Origin: an uncultured Oscillospiraceae bacterium
Lineage (GTDB): Bacteria > Bacillota > Clostridia > Oscillospirales > Oscillospiraceae
Length of the DNA stretch: 64,000 bases
Assembly: GCA_964504605.1 (NCBI GenBank)
Contig: CAZDFB010000002.1
Span: 5,037-69,036, forward strand
Reading direction: 5' to 3'
The notes under the pieces: model-generated
Seen by the model: only the letters and a program-made list of their open reading frames with translations
Databases searched by the model: none
What the model was told of the DNA's origin: nothing
Translations under genes and position numbers: made by a program
Shown here: positions 46,173 to 56,075 of the stretch, in pieces
Numbering within the stretch: position 1 is the first letter of the stretch
Layout: the number at the start of each line of letters is the position of its first letter

Positions 46173-46724
46173 TTATGGGACCTCCACAATGCGTATGTCA
46201 TCCAGCCCGTATTCGGACTGAGACATAACAATATCTGCGATTACAGCCACATCCGTCTCCTGAAGTCCACCCTCCGGGGAGGCTACGGCAACGGAGATCC
46301 CTGCGTTGGTCATGTAAGCCACGCAGTCCGTATACCCCTTGGCGATAATCAGACTTTCAATGGCGGCTTCACTGAGGGCTGTCTGTACAATGTCCTCCAG
46401 CTCCGCGTTGGATTCCGCAGCCTTGCTTGTATCGCTGTAGGACATGGCCTCCTGAAGTAAGCCAATGGCGGAGTCTCTGGCCTCCTGACGGGAAAGCCGG
46501 ACAGCCGCGAAATAGTCGGATGCGGTATTTTCTCCATCCCCGGAGAGCACTGGGGTATCTCCGTCCAGGGCCAGGGAATCGTCGGACATAACCTTCTGTG
46601 CATCCAGGGTGTCCGTTAAATCCGCCGGGGTGTTTTCTTCGGTGTAGAGCCAATTGACATAGATTCCGGCGCATACCGTCACCAAAATGGCAGCGGCAAC
46701 CATATTCTTTTTCCAGGTTTTCAT
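46173..46724 (-). CDS. spoIIIAH: Stage III sporulation protein AH
   Basis: N-terminal TM and the motif ...FAAVRLSRQEARD... Last gene of the spoIIIA operon. Confidence 0.8.
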   Translation of the reverse strand: MKTWKKNMVAAAILVTVCAGIYVNWLYTEENTPADLTDTLDAQKVMSDDSLALDGDTPVLSGDGENTASDYFAAVRLSRQEARDSAIGLLQEAMSYSDTSKAAESNAELEDIVQTALSEAAIESLIIAKGYTDCVAYMTNAGISVAVASPEGGLQETDVAVIADIVMSQSEYGLDDIRIVEVP

Positions 46725-46739
46725 AAAAAGGCCTCCTTG

Positions 46740-47252
46740 TTATTTCATTTTCAATACGGTTATTTTATCGGCACCCAAGCCTGTGGCGCTCGCAACCGCT
46801 TCAACAATTGCCAGCCGGACGGCGGGATCACCGCCCCCCTGGCATACCACAACGGCACCCATATATACAGGTGGTTCCACCTGACGGATCAGGGCTGACT
46901 GTGACCGGTCCTGACCTGTCACCAGCACGGTCTGCACATTGACCGATGCGTTTTCACCGCCGGTGGTTGTGCTCTGATCTGTCTGGTAAACGGTGTTGGT
47001 GCCCCGGGCAATCGTAAGCAGTACCCGCACCTCCCCAGCCCCCGCAATCTGGGATAGAATGTCCTCCAGCGACTGTTGGACAGAGTTACCTGTTTCGCCG
47101 GCCTCCTCAGATGGAGCGGGAACCGCCTCTTCCGTCTGCTGCTTTCTGTCCGGCAGGGCCATCAGTAAAATTCCCAGAGCCAGGACCAGAAGCCAGTAGC
47201 GGTTTTTCCGAAAGACCTCCGTAACCTTTTTTCGGTGCTTTACCCAATCCAT
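46740..47252 (-). CDS. spoIIIAG: Stage III sporulation protein AG
   Basis: C-terminal ...PVYMGAVVVCQGGGDPAVRLAIVEAV...LGADKITVLKMK. Confidence 0.8.
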   Translation of the reverse strand: MDWVKHRKKVTEVFRKNRYWLLVLALGILLMALPDRKQQTEEAVPAPSEEAGETGNSVQQSLEDILSQIAGAGEVRVLLTIARGTNTVYQTDQSTTTGGENASVNVQTVLVTGQDRSQSALIRQVEPPVYMGAVVVCQGGGDPAVRLAIVEAVASATGLGADKITVLKMK

Positions 47253-47716
47253 AGCTGATTCTCCTTACTGATTCCCAGCTCCTGCTCCAGAAGCGCTTCC
47301 AGCTCTCTTCGGGCATAGGGAGAAACCGGACCGGAGATCCGCACGGACCCGGGAGCAGGCAGACTCCCCTCTCCCAGGGTGACCGTAACGGTGATATTCG
47401 CCCCAAGTGCCCCGGCTTTGTCCAAGATATATGCTTCCGTTTGCTCTTTTATGAACCTTCGGGTGGATTCCTCTGCCAGCTTTTCTCCGGCGGCGGCAGC
47501 CTCCTGACCGGAGACCGTCCAGGTGTCAATTACCTCCGGCAGCGCCGCAAGATTTACGGTGGATATCGGACTGATGACAACAAAGCACAGAAATATGCCG
47601 CACACCAGCCGGATCAGTTTGCCGCCGGGACTTTGCTCCGGAAACAGGGTTCTTACCACCGCACACAGCACAGCTGCGGCTGTTACCGTTAAAATATACT
47701 GGCGGATACCATCCAT
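47240..47716 (-). CDS. spoIIIAF: Stage III sporulation protein AF
   Basis: MDGIRQYILTVTAAAVLC... two N-terminal TMs. ATG overlaps the spoIIIAE stop (TAATG). Confidence 0.7.
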   Translation of the reverse strand: MDGIRQYILTVTAAAVLCAVVRTLFPEQSPGGKLIRLVCGIFLCFVVISPISTVNLAALPEVIDTWTVSGQEAAAAGEKLAEESTRRFIKEQTEAYILDKAGALGANITVTVTLGEGSLPAPGSVRISGPVSPYARRELEALLEQELGISKENQLWIG

Positions 47717-48756
47717 TATCCCACCCCCCGCAAAAAACAAACCGTGCTAATCATTAAAAGCAGACATATGGACCCTGCCATAGCCAGAAGCAGCCCCATA
47801 GCGGTACCGAAATCCTGAATCAGCTCCGATACTGTCCCCGGGCTAAAGATGGCGCAGGCGGCCCCAGTGGCCCGTAGCATGAGGTAATGGACACCAATCC
47901 GCAGAAAGGGGCCCAGAAATACCGCGGCAATAGCAAGAATCCCATAGATTCCGGCGGCATTTTTCGCAATGCCCGCACCTACCAGAACTGCCTCCGAGGC
48001 ATCCGAAAGAATTCCGCCGACTACAGGCACCATGCCGGATATGGTCATTTTTGTTACCTTCAGGGCAGCTGCGTCGGTGGTTCCGCTGACCACGCCGGTT
48101 ACACTGATATAGAGCGTAAATACCGATAAAATGATTTTGATGCACCAGGTCATAAGCCATTTTACAAAATCCCGCATTTTTTTCAGGACATCCTCCCCCA
48201 GCGAGCTGTTGGCGGTGGAAAGAGCCAGATAAATGTATACCATGGGAATCAGCAGCCTGACCAAAAGTGCGGTTAAAACCGCATTGAAGGCCGCAGTTGC
48301 GGCGTACAGAGCCGCAGATGTGGACGGAGCACCCTGAGCCGCCAGAGCGGATGTCATTACCGGCAGCAAAAGCTTTCCGTATTGGCTCAGTTCCTGAATG
48401 GTATCCGTCCCCAGATTGATAAGGGAATTTGTGCTCTTCAAAAGGAAAAAGCCTATCAGAACCGTTCCGGCAAGCTGGACGCTCTGCCGGGTGCTCCCGG
48501 GAAAATTATGGGCCACGCTGACGAAAAGAGCCGCCCCACAGACAGCAAGGCAGGTTTCTGCCGCTTCCTTTAAATCCGGGCGGAATCTGGTCAGCGCTTC
48601 CCGAATGATGAAGCGAAGTCCGTCGGAAAAGGTTTCCGTTTTCTCCGGCATCAAAGCGGAACCGGACTGAGGAACCTGAGGAGCCGTAATTTCCGAGGCA
48701 GATACCGGCGGTGCCAGCACCAGAAGCAGTAACAGCGAAAGGAGAAGCTTTCTCAT
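47716..48756 (-). CDS. spoIIIAE: Stage III sporulation protein AE
   Basis: 346 aa polytopic membrane protein with a signal peptide, in the conserved operon position. Confidence 0.85.
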   Translation of the reverse strand: MRKLLLSLLLLLVLAPPVSASEITAPQVPQSGSALMPEKTETFSDGLRFIIREALTRFRPDLKEAAETCLAVCGAALFVSVAHNFPGSTRQSVQLAGTVLIGFFLLKSTNSLINLGTDTIQELSQYGKLLLPVMTSALAAQGAPSTSAALYAATAAFNAVLTALLVRLLIPMVYIYLALSTANSSLGEDVLKKMRDFVKWLMTWCIKIILSVFTLYISVTGVVSGTTDAAALKVTKMTISGMVPVVGGILSDASEAVLVGAGIAKNAAGIYGILAIAAVFLGPFLRIGVHYLMLRATGAACAIFSPGTVSELIQDFGTAMGLLLAMAGSICLLLMISTVCFLRGVG

Positions 48757-49148
48757 AATTCCCCCAAAATTTGACCGATCAAATCAATCAGCGCCGTAAA
48801 TATGGGCAGTGAGAGCCATAGAATCACGCCGGTTCCCAAAAACTGCAGGGCCTTTCCCAGGGAGCTGTTCCCCGCGTCGGTGCAGACCATGGCGGTAATC
48901 TCTGTCAAAATTCCAATGCCAAGTATTTTAAACAGAGAAGAAACCGTGACGCTGTTTAAGTTTCCGATGGTCACAAGGTTGTCCAGAAAGGTGACCACTG
49001 GCCTTAAATAGGACGCGGCAGCACCGGTAATCATGCAGCACACCCCAACGCTCAGCACCAGCGCGGTATCTTTCCCCTGTTTTTCCAGCGCAATCCCCAG
49101 AATCACGGTCAGCAGCCCTCCGGCAGCGCATTTAATAAACAGATCCAT
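48753..49148 (-). CDS. spoIIIAD: Stage III sporulation protein AD
   Basis: 131 aa, four TMs, ...LFKILGIGILTEI... Confidence 0.85.
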   Translation of the reverse strand: MDLFIKCAAGGLLTVILGIALEKQGKDTALVLSVGVCCMITGAAASYLRPVVTFLDNLVTIGNLNSVTVSSLFKILGIGILTEITAMVCTDAGNSSLGKALQFLGTGVILWLSLPIFTALIDLIGQILGEL

Positions 49149-49342
49149 CAGAACTGAAACAGCTCCTTTACCAGCGCAAAAAGGTCCGCAATCTTCTGTG
49201 CGATCATCATCAGAACAACCACCAGCCCCGCCAGGGTGGTCATGGTTGCCTGTTCCTCCCGACCGGACCGGGAGAGAACCTGATTGAGAATCGAAACAAT
49301 AATGCCTATGGCGGCAATTTTAAATATCAGATCGATGTCCAT
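49148..49342 (-). CDS. spoIIIAC: Stage III sporulation protein AC
   Basis: 64 aa. MDIDLIFKIAAIGIIVSILNQVLSRSGREEQA... Confidence 0.85.
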   Translation of the reverse strand: MDIDLIFKIAAIGIIVSILNQVLSRSGREEQATMTTLAGLVVVLMMIAQKIADLFALVKELFQF

Positions 49343-49343
49343 A

Positions 49344-49856
49344 TCAAATAAACAGAATCGTTATGGCGGCTCCGGCGCAGATGCCCAGGGTTTTGTAGCT
49401 TCGAAGCCGGGCATCCCTGTTTTCGCTGAGGAGCTCCAGCTGCCGCCTGCACTCGGTACGGACAGCCTCCATTCCCTTCAGCTGACCTGTCAGATCAAAG
49501 CGGCCCAGGGTTTGTCCCAGAAGGGAGAGTGCGTTGTGGGCTCTGCCAGGCAGGTTCCCCTTCTGGGACAGAACAGCAGCCATACAAAAAGCTGGGTCCG
49601 GGGCCACCTGCGCCTCCAGCTGCCGGGAAAAAACCAGCATAGCCTGGGATACTGCCCCCTGAAAGTTTTCCGCTGCCTGCCGGCACAGGTCCGGCAGCGG
49701 GGTTAAGCGGTATTGCAGCTCACATTCCATATAGTCCAGCATTCCGACAAGCTGCCGCAGGGCCGCCTCCTCCCGAACTTGTGAGGCCGCCAGGGACAAT
49801 CCAAAGCCGCCGCAGCTGCCAAGAATCAAAATTGTACCGATCCATTTTATTGCCAT
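49344..49856 (-). CDS. spoIIIAB: Stage III sporulation protein AB
   Basis: 171 aa from MAIKWIGTILILGSCGGFG. The start overlaps the spoIIIAA stop by 1 nt. Confidence 0.75.
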   Translation of the reverse strand: MAIKWIGTILILGSCGGFGLSLAASQVREEAALRQLVGMLDYMECELQYRLTPLPDLCRQAAENFQGAVSQAMLVFSRQLEAQVAPDPAFCMAAVLSQKGNLPGRAHNALSLLGQTLGRFDLTGQLKGMEAVRTECRRQLELLSENRDARLRSYKTLGICAGAAITILFI

Positions 49857-50704
49857 TACGCGATCCTTTCCCGGGACCAGGTCTTGTCCCGCTTCAAAAC
49901 TAGTACCGTAGAAAACAGCCGGCTTTCGATGAGGGGCCGGTAAACGGGCCGGGCGTAAAGCTCGTCCAGACTTTCCGCGTGGGCGGTAGCGAGAAGCTTT
50001 ACACCGCACCAGCCAGCCCGCAGGAGGGCCTGACAGTCTGCCGGTGCGGTTATCTCGTCCACCGCAACGTATGTCGGCCCCATGGTTCGGATTGCGACAT
50101 CAATGCCCGTGTCCCTGGGACATCCGTAAAGAATATCCGTGGATTTCCCGGCGGGAAAAATGCCGCAGGAGGGAAAAAGCTCCTCCCGCTGGTCGATTAC
50201 GGAAATCTGCTCACCACGGGTGGATATCTGCCGGATCAGATCCCGCAGGAGGGTTGTCTTTCCCCAGCCGGGGGCACCGATTATCAAAACCGAGCCTCTC
50301 TCCCCTGCCAGCGGCTCCGCAATTCCGGGAAAGTCTCTGGCGACCCGGATGCACAGGGAGCGTATTTCACGAAAACCGGTCATTTGTCCCTCCTGCATTA
50401 CGGCCTGTCCGCATATCCCAATCCGGTGGCCCCCGGGAGCGGTCAGATAGCCCTGGGCCATACCGGCGGCATTCCAGGGGGAATAGCGGCTGGCGGTGTT
50501 AACGCAGAATGTCAGCTCCTCACGGGTAACATTTCCGCAGAGCCACCGGCTGCCCTCTGCCATAACCAACTCCGGCGGCAGCCCCAGCCGAAGCCGTATC
50601 TCCTGAAGATTCTGTTCCCGGTGAAGGCCTGTCCGCAGACGGACCGGAAGAACGGATAAAAGCTCCTGCCACGCGCACCTCATTTGCATCAACTCCTGGG
50701 ACAT
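49856..50704 (-). CDS. spoIIIAA: Stage III sporulation protein AA (ATPase)
   Basis: Walker A GAPGWGKTTLLRD. First gene of the eight-gene spoIIIA operon. Confidence 0.85.
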   Translation of the reverse strand: MSQELMQMRCAWQELLSVLPVRLRTGLHREQNLQEIRLRLGLPPELVMAEGSRWLCGNVTREELTFCVNTASRYSPWNAAGMAQGYLTAPGGHRIGICGQAVMQEGQMTGFREIRSLCIRVARDFPGIAEPLAGERGSVLIIGAPGWGKTTLLRDLIRQISTRGEQISVIDQREELFPSCGIFPAGKSTDILYGCPRDTGIDVAIRTMGPTYVAVDEITAPADCQALLRAGWCGVKLLATAHAESLDELYARPVYRPLIESRLFSTVLVLKRDKTWSRERIA

Positions 50705-50768
50705 ACTATGCGCCCGACTCCGGATTCATCCCTGAAAAATATAGCCGGCGAAGCCTCTGGGCGAGCGC

Positions 50769-50802
50769 AAAAAAGGTGGTCACCACGTTCATGGTGACCA
50801 CC
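50769..50802 (-). terminator. Terminator downstream of ftsK
   Basis: GGTGGTCACCA / TGGTGACCACC stem, followed on the - strand by TTTTTT. Confidence 0.6.
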
Positions 50803-50810
50803 CTGGTTGA

Positions 50811-53543
50811 TTATAAAAGCTCATCCGGTACGCCGGAATCCAGATCGTCAAAGTCCATCTGGACAGATTGCCCGGACTGTATGGCAGCCCACTGCTCCTT
50901 GGTTACCAGAATGGCCCGGGGCTTGGAGCCCTGGAAGGGGCCTACGATGCCCTTTTCCTCCATCTCGTCCACGATTCTGGCTGCCCGGGCATAGCCCAGC
51001 TTCAGGCGGCGCTGGAGCATGGAAACGGAGGCCTGTCCCGTCTCAAGGAACACATCCACGGCGGCGGCAAGCATCTCATCGCCCTCCAGCTCTTCGGCAG
51101 AGGGGGCAATATCGACAGCGCCGGAGGCGGATTTCTTTCCGGCCTGAAGGGCATTTTTCTCAATGTCCTTCAGAACCTCCTGACTGTATTCTGCGGAATA
51201 GTTGGTTTTCACATATCCGGCAACGGCTTCAACCTCAGCATCGGTAACAAAGCAGCCCTGAACACGCAGGGGCTTGCCCGCTCCGATGGGCGCATAGAGC
51301 ATATCGCCCTTGCCAACCAGCTTTTCCGCGCCCATGGTATCCAGAATAATCCGGGATTCCATAGCAGAAGCAACGGAGAATGCGATACGGGAGGGAATAT
51401 TGGCCTTCATCAGGCCGGTGATAACATTGGCGGAGGGACGCTGGGTTGCGATAATCAGGTGCATTCCCGCCGCACGGCCCATCTGGGCAATGCGACAGAT
51501 GGAATCCTCCACCTCTTTGGCGGCAGCCATCATCAGGTCAGCCAACTCGTCGATAATCACAACAATCTGGGGAAGCTTTTGACCGCCCTCCTCCTGGGTT
51601 ACGATGGAATTATAGGATTCCAGATCCCGAACGCCCAGCTCGGACATGGACTGATAGCGCCGGAGCATTTCCGTAACAGCCCACTGCAGGCTTCCGGCAG
51701 CCTTTTTGGGGTCGGTGACAACGGGGATCAGCAGCTGAGGAATGCCGTTATAGATGCCCAGCTCCACCATTTTGGGGTCCACCATAATGAGCTTCACATC
51801 ATCAGGCCCGGCCTTATACAGCAGGGAGATGATGATAGAGTTCATGCAGACGGATTTACCGGAGCCCGTGGTACCGGCAATCAGCAGATGGGGCATTTTG
51901 GCAATATTACCGACAACGCAGTTGCCATCGATGCTTTTACCAAGGGCGATAGAGGTTTTGGACTGGGATCGGCTGAATTCCTGAGAATCAATGACCTCCC
52001 GAAGGGAAACGGTGGTAACGGTCCTGTTAGGCACCTCAATACCCACAATGGAAATTTTTCCGGGGACAGCGGCAATCCGGACACCGGAGGCACCAAGGCT
52101 CAGGGCAATATCATCCGCGCAGGAGGTCAGCTTATTGAGCCGGACACCCTTGTCCAGCTCCACCTCGTAGCGGGTGACACTGGGACCCCGGGTCACATTG
52201 ATAATATGGGCATCGATATTGAACGACGCCAGGGTTTCATTCAGACGGCGGGAATTTTCCCGCATTTCCTCGGTTCCGTCAGCGCTGGATCTGGAAGGCC
52301 GGTTCAGCAGGCTGATGGGAGGATAGCAGTAGACGGGAGCCTGCTCCGACTGGGTCTGGGCGATTTCCTCCGCTACCTGCTGGGCAGCGGCATCGGCCTC
52401 CTTTGCGGTGACCTTTCCGCTTTTTGGCGGAACAGCCGGCTCTGCCGGTACCTCCACCGGAGGGGCCTCGAGAATCGGGTCATCCAGAACAAGCTCCGGC
52501 ATGGTCTGCGGAAGGGGTTCGGAATGGGCCACTGCCGGCGGCACAGGGGCCTCCTGCTGGGGGGTATGGGTAATTCCGGGAAGCTCCGCAAGGGCAGCCT
52601 CGTCGGAAACGTGTTCGGCGGCAGCAGCAACCGGGGTGCCGATCTCGGAATCTATCTGGCTGAGCATATCATCGGCCTTGGGGTTGCCGGTTTTGGCGGG
52701 CTTGCGCCGGGGGGCGGTTTTTTCGGCCTTTGCGGGAAGACTTTCAGGAATACTCCCCTCGGTGAGAATGGGAAGGTCGGAAATTTCCATCTGACGGCGG
52801 CGGGAGCGATTGTGCTCGATCCGCTTATTGGCGATATGGTTCACCACCACAACGGCGGGATCCAATTCTTCCTCCTCCAGCTCCTCATATTCATCCCGGG
52901 GCCGGTTTTGAATGGCCCTGAACAGGCTGAAAACGGTAATCTGCATGGAGCCGAGCAGCGAAAGAACAGCGGCAAGAATGAAGAGAATATACGAAATGAC
53001 CGGGCCGCAGCCCCAGCGGACAAAAATGGCAATCAGGCCACAGATCACACCACCGGTAGTCCCATCGGGACCGCCCTGATAGAGTTGGGATACCATGGAA
53101 AAATCCACAGCCATGTATCCATCCTCCACACTCAGGTGGGCAATACAGCCGCAGAGCAGGACAAAAACCAGAATGCACACTGTCCGCATGGTTACCCGGG
53201 TCTTTCGTCCGAAGGTATTGATGGCAAAGATGTACAGCAGCGCGGGGATAGCAAAATAAAAGCCAACCTTACCGATCAGTCCCTGAACCACATTCTGAAT
53301 CAGCGTCAGTAACGCACCGTCCGGGTTAATGGAAATGACCAGAAAAAGCACAAACAGGGCCAGGCTGACAATGGCGACGACTACATTTGTAGGCAAACCG
53401 GTGGCAAAGTCCTGATTGACCACTTTAACACTGGAGGAAGATGCTTTTCCAGCAGCTTTCTTGCCGGAGGATGTGGAAGTCTTCTTCTTTTTAGCGTCCG
53501 TAACCGCCTTCTGGGCCTGGGAACCTTTTTTATTGGATGCCAT
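50811..53543 (-). CDS. ftsK: DNA translocase FtsK/SpoIIIE
   Basis: 910 aa. N-terminal TMs, a Pro/Ala-rich linker, Walker A GTTGSGKS and a C-terminal gamma winged helix. Confidence 0.95.
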   Translation of the reverse strand: MASNKKGSQAQKAVTDAKKKKTSTSSGKKAAGKASSSSVKVVNQDFATGLPTNVVVAIVSLALFVLFLVISINPDGALLTLIQNVVQGLIGKVGFYFAIPALLYIFAINTFGRKTRVTMRTVCILVFVLLCGCIAHLSVEDGYMAVDFSMVSQLYQGGPDGTTGGVICGLIAIFVRWGCGPVISYILFILAAVLSLLGSMQITVFSLFRAIQNRPRDEYEELEEEELDPAVVVVNHIANKRIEHNRSRRRQMEISDLPILTEGSIPESLPAKAEKTAPRRKPAKTGNPKADDMLSQIDSEIGTPVAAAAEHVSDEAALAELPGITHTPQQEAPVPPAVAHSEPLPQTMPELVLDDPILEAPPVEVPAEPAVPPKSGKVTAKEADAAAQQVAEEIAQTQSEQAPVYCYPPISLLNRPSRSSADGTEEMRENSRRLNETLASFNIDAHIINVTRGPSVTRYEVELDKGVRLNKLTSCADDIALSLGASGVRIAAVPGKISIVGIEVPNRTVTTVSLREVIDSQEFSRSQSKTSIALGKSIDGNCVVGNIAKMPHLLIAGTTGSGKSVCMNSIIISLLYKAGPDDVKLIMVDPKMVELGIYNGIPQLLIPVVTDPKKAAGSLQWAVTEMLRRYQSMSELGVRDLESYNSIVTQEEGGQKLPQIVVIIDELADLMMAAAKEVEDSICRIAQMGRAAGMHLIIATQRPSANVITGLMKANIPSRIAFSVASAMESRIILDTMGAEKLVGKGDMLYAPIGAGKPLRVQGCFVTDAEVEAVAGYVKTNYSAEYSQEVLKDIEKNALQAGKKSASGAVDIAPSAEELEGDEMLAAAVDVFLETGQASVSMLQRRLKLGYARAARIVDEMEEKGIVGPFQGSKPRAILVTKEQWAAIQSGQSVQMDFDDLDSGVPDELL

Positions 53544-53554
53544 AGGTTACCTCC

Positions 53555-54391
53555 TTAAATGGTTAAGAACAGAATAAAGGAAAACAGTGCCGCACCCCAG
53601 CAATAGTAGGCAAACAGTCCGAAGCCCACACTCGTGGCAAGCTTTCGCATGAGCTTGACCCCAAGGAAGGTGCCGAGAAAGGCGGCGGCGGCGCAGAGCA
53701 GCCCCCGCAGGAACAAGCCGAAGGACAGACCGGCGACGCCAACGGAAATCAATGAAATAAAATCAAATATAATCAGTCCGACGCACATGGGAATGCTCAG
53801 CAGCAGGGCCATATTCAGGCTGTAGGTCTTGTCCGCTCCCCTGACCATTGCAACAGAGGTAACACCCGCAATGCAGGAAATGCCGGGAATCAGCGACGCG
53901 ACAGCACCTAATCCCATAAGAAGGCCATCCAGCGGTGTCATGGAAAGAGATTCCTTGTTACTGCCCGGCAGATACTGGGGCACAAACAGGATGATACCGT
54001 TGATAAACAGTGTGATTGCCAGTGTGCTAAGCATGGTAATGATGCCCGAAATTTTTCCGTAAAACAGGAAGCCGACGATTACCGGAAGCAGCATGGTCCG
54101 CAGGAGCTTCAAATCCATAAGGCAGGCCGTATCCAGAGGACGCTTGCGGCGGCGCTTGGGAACCTTTGCCAGCTTATAGGCCCGGGTAATGCGGATAATA
54201 TGGTTCTGACAGCAGTAATACAGCGCACACAATGTGCTGATATGTATCAGAAGCCGCAGTAAAGGGGATTCACTCCCCTCCCCGAACAGCTCCATCAAAA
54301 GCATTCTGTGGGCCTGGGCTGAGACAGGCAAAACATCCGCCAGTCCCGCGAAAAAGCCGAAAAGAATGCTCTCTATCCAGTTAAGGTCCAA
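53555..54391 (-). CDS. uppP: Undecaprenyl-diphosphate phosphatase
   Basis: LADVLPVSAQAH motif with eight TMs. Confidence 0.9.
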   Translation of the reverse strand: MDLNWIESILFGFFAGLADVLPVSAQAHRMLLMELFGEGSESPLLRLLIHISTLCALYYCCQNHIIRITRAYKLAKVPKRRRKRPLDTACLMDLKLLRTMLLPVIVGFLFYGKISGIITMLSTLAITLFINGIILFVPQYLPGSNKESLSMTPLDGLLMGLGAVASLIPGISCIAGVTSVAMVRGADKTYSLNMALLLSIPMCVGLIIFDFISLISVGVAGLSFGLFLRGLLCAAAAFLGTFLGVKLMRKLATSVGFGLFAYYCWGAALFSFILFLTI

Positions 54392-54465
54392 GCCTGTCCC
54401 TCCTTTGCTCAGAATTTTACAGTTTATGATAACACATTTTCGGCAGGATTTCCAGCCCTAATTTA

Positions 54466-55149
54466 TTAAATTTTGCTTCTTTGCCGCTCAATCATCCGGT
54501 GCAGGGCGGAAAGGGCATCATTCAGCCCGCCCAACCGGTCGATGAGCCCGGCATCCACTGCTTCCCTGCCGTAAAGAATGGTGCCCACATCCGTAGCCAT
54601 TTCCCCGGTAGCCATCATATAGTGCTCAAAGGCATCCTTACTGATTTTGGAATTCGCAGATACAAATTCCAGAATCTGCTCCTGGATCCGCTGAAAATAC
54701 CGGAAGGTCTGGGGTGCGCCAACTACAAGCCCCGTCATCCGGACCGGGTGAACGGTCATGCTTGCAGTGGGGGTAATAAAGGATTTTTTCGTGCATACCG
54801 CCAGGGGAATGCCGATGGAATGTCCGCCGCCCAGAACCAGGGATACCGTCGGCTTTTTCATTCCCGCAATCATTTCCGCAATGGCAAGCCCCGCCTCAAT
54901 ATCCCCGCCCACGGTATTGAGCAGAAGCAGAAGTCCATCAATTTCCTCGCTTTCCTCAATGCCCGCAAGCAGAGGAAGCACGTGCTCATACTTGGTGGTT
55001 TTTACCGTTTCCGGTGCCACCTGATGGCCCTCAATCTGTCCAATGATGGTCAGGGTATAGATGCTGCCCTTGCTGGATTTTGTAATATCGGAGCCCAGCT
55101 CAAGGATCTGCTTTTGCTCCTGCTCCTTCATATCCGCACGATCTCCCAT
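54466..55149 (-). CDS. tepA: ClpP-fold serine protease paralogue (TepA-like)
   Basis: ...LLLLNTVGGDIEAGLAIAEMI...GGGHSIG... Start at MGDRADM with RBS AGGAGG. The upstream extension of the ORF is non-coding. Confidence 0.7.
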   Translation of the reverse strand: MGDRADMKEQEQKQILELGSDITKSSKGSIYTLTIIGQIEGHQVAPETVKTTKYEHVLPLLAGIEESEEIDGLLLLLNTVGGDIEAGLAIAEMIAGMKKPTVSLVLGGGHSIGIPLAVCTKKSFITPTASMTVHPVRMTGLVVGAPQTFRYFQRIQEQILEFVSANSKISKDAFEHYMMATGEMATDVGTILYGREAVDAGLIDRLGGLNDALSALHRMIERQRSKI

Positions 55150-55251
55150 GAAAAAACCTCCTGTGTTTTCTTTTAGGATATCCCTGCTTCTGAAAACTAT
55201 ACGAAGATGCGGGGGCTTGACAAGATGTCGTATAATAAAAGTGGTGATGAT

Positions 55252-55725
55252 ATGGCTACAAAAACGAACGCCGTGCGACTGGTGCAGCAGGCCGGAATCC
55301 CCTGCCGGGAATCCTTCTATACGTTTGATGAAAAGGACCTCAGCGGACTTCACGCCGCCAGGGCCATCGGTATGCCGCCGGAGCAGGTTTTTAAAACATT
55401 GGTTGCCCGGGGTGAGAAAACCGGCATTCATGTATTCTGTATCCCGGTGTGCTGCGAGCTTGACCTGAAAAAGGCTGCCCGGGCCGCCGGTGACAAGAAT
55501 ATGGAGCTGGTTCCGGTGAAGGAGCTTCTGAATCTGACGGGCTACATCCGGGGCGGCTGCTCTCCTGTTGGCATGAAAAAGAGATATCCCACCTGTATGG
55601 ACGAAACCGCCCAGCTCTGGGATGAAATCGCGGTTTCGGCAGGTGCCAGAGGTCACCAGATGATCGTTCCGCCGGAGCAGCTTATCCGGCTTGTGAACGG
55701 AAAATTCGTTGATATTATTCTCTAA
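55252..55725 (+). CDS. ybaK: Cys-tRNA(Pro)/Cys-tRNA(Cys) deacylase YbaK
   Basis: MATKTNAVRLV...KTLV...GYIRGGCSPVG. Confidence 0.85.
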   Translation: MATKTNAVRLVQQAGIPCRESFYTFDEKDLSGLHAARAIGMPPEQVFKTLVARGEKTGIHVFCIPVCCELDLKKAARAAGDKNMELVPVKELLNLTGYIRGGCSPVGMKKRYPTCMDETAQLWDEIAVSAGARGHQMIVPPEQLIRLVNGKFVDIIL

Positions 55726-55742
55726 GAGAAAGGAAAATAACT

Positions 55743-55991
55743 ATGGAATACACTTACAAAACCAGCGGAACCTGCTCCCGGGAGATCCTTTTTGAGATCG
55801 AAGACGGAAAGGTGAAGAATCTTCGCTTTATCGGCGGCTGCAACGGCAATCTTCAGGGCATCGGCGCTCTGGTGGAAGGTATGAATGTGGACGATGTGAT
55901 TGCCCGGGTTGAGGGAATCAGCTGCGGCGGGCGCCCCACCTCCTGCCCCGATCAGCTTGCCAAGGCGCTGAAGGCGGCAAAGGAAGCGTAA
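55743..55991 (+). CDS. TIGR03905-type 4-Cys small protein (TSCPD-like)
   Basis: 82 aa. ...GTCSREI...FIGGCNGNLQG...ISCGGRPTSCPDQLA. Confidence 0.7.
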   Translation: MEYTYKTSGTCSREILFEIEDGKVKNLRFIGGCNGNLQGIGALVEGMNVDDVIARVEGISCGGRPTSCPDQLAKALKAAKEA

Positions 55992-56001
55992 TAATCAGCT
56001 C

Positions 56002-56030
56002 AGGCAGCCGGGTATCCGGCTGCCTTTTTT
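56002..56030 (+). terminator. Rho-independent terminator
   Basis: AGGCAGCCGG / CCGGCTGCCT stem followed by TTTTTT. Confidence 0.7.
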
Positions 56031-56034
56031 GCGC

Positions 56035-56070
56035 AAAAAAGCTGTCGTAATCCATGAGGGTTACGACAGC
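56035..56070 (-). terminator. Terminator downstream of engB
   Basis: GCTGTCGTAA / TTACGACAGC stem, followed on the - strand by TTTTTT. Confidence 0.6.
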
Positions 56071-56075
56071 AATTT

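Noticed and set aside
50702-50711. CATAGTATG, resembling a sigma-E -10 box (CATACA-T), in front of spoIIIAA.
   Set aside because: The ATG of this string is the spoIIIAA start codon itself, so it cannot be the -10 of its promoter.
50868-53312. 814-aa ORF on the + strand.
   Set aside because: It lies entirely antisense to ftsK. The translation is Gly/Arg/His-rich and low in complexity, with no motifs or RBS. This is a typical shadow ORF in GC-rich coding DNA.
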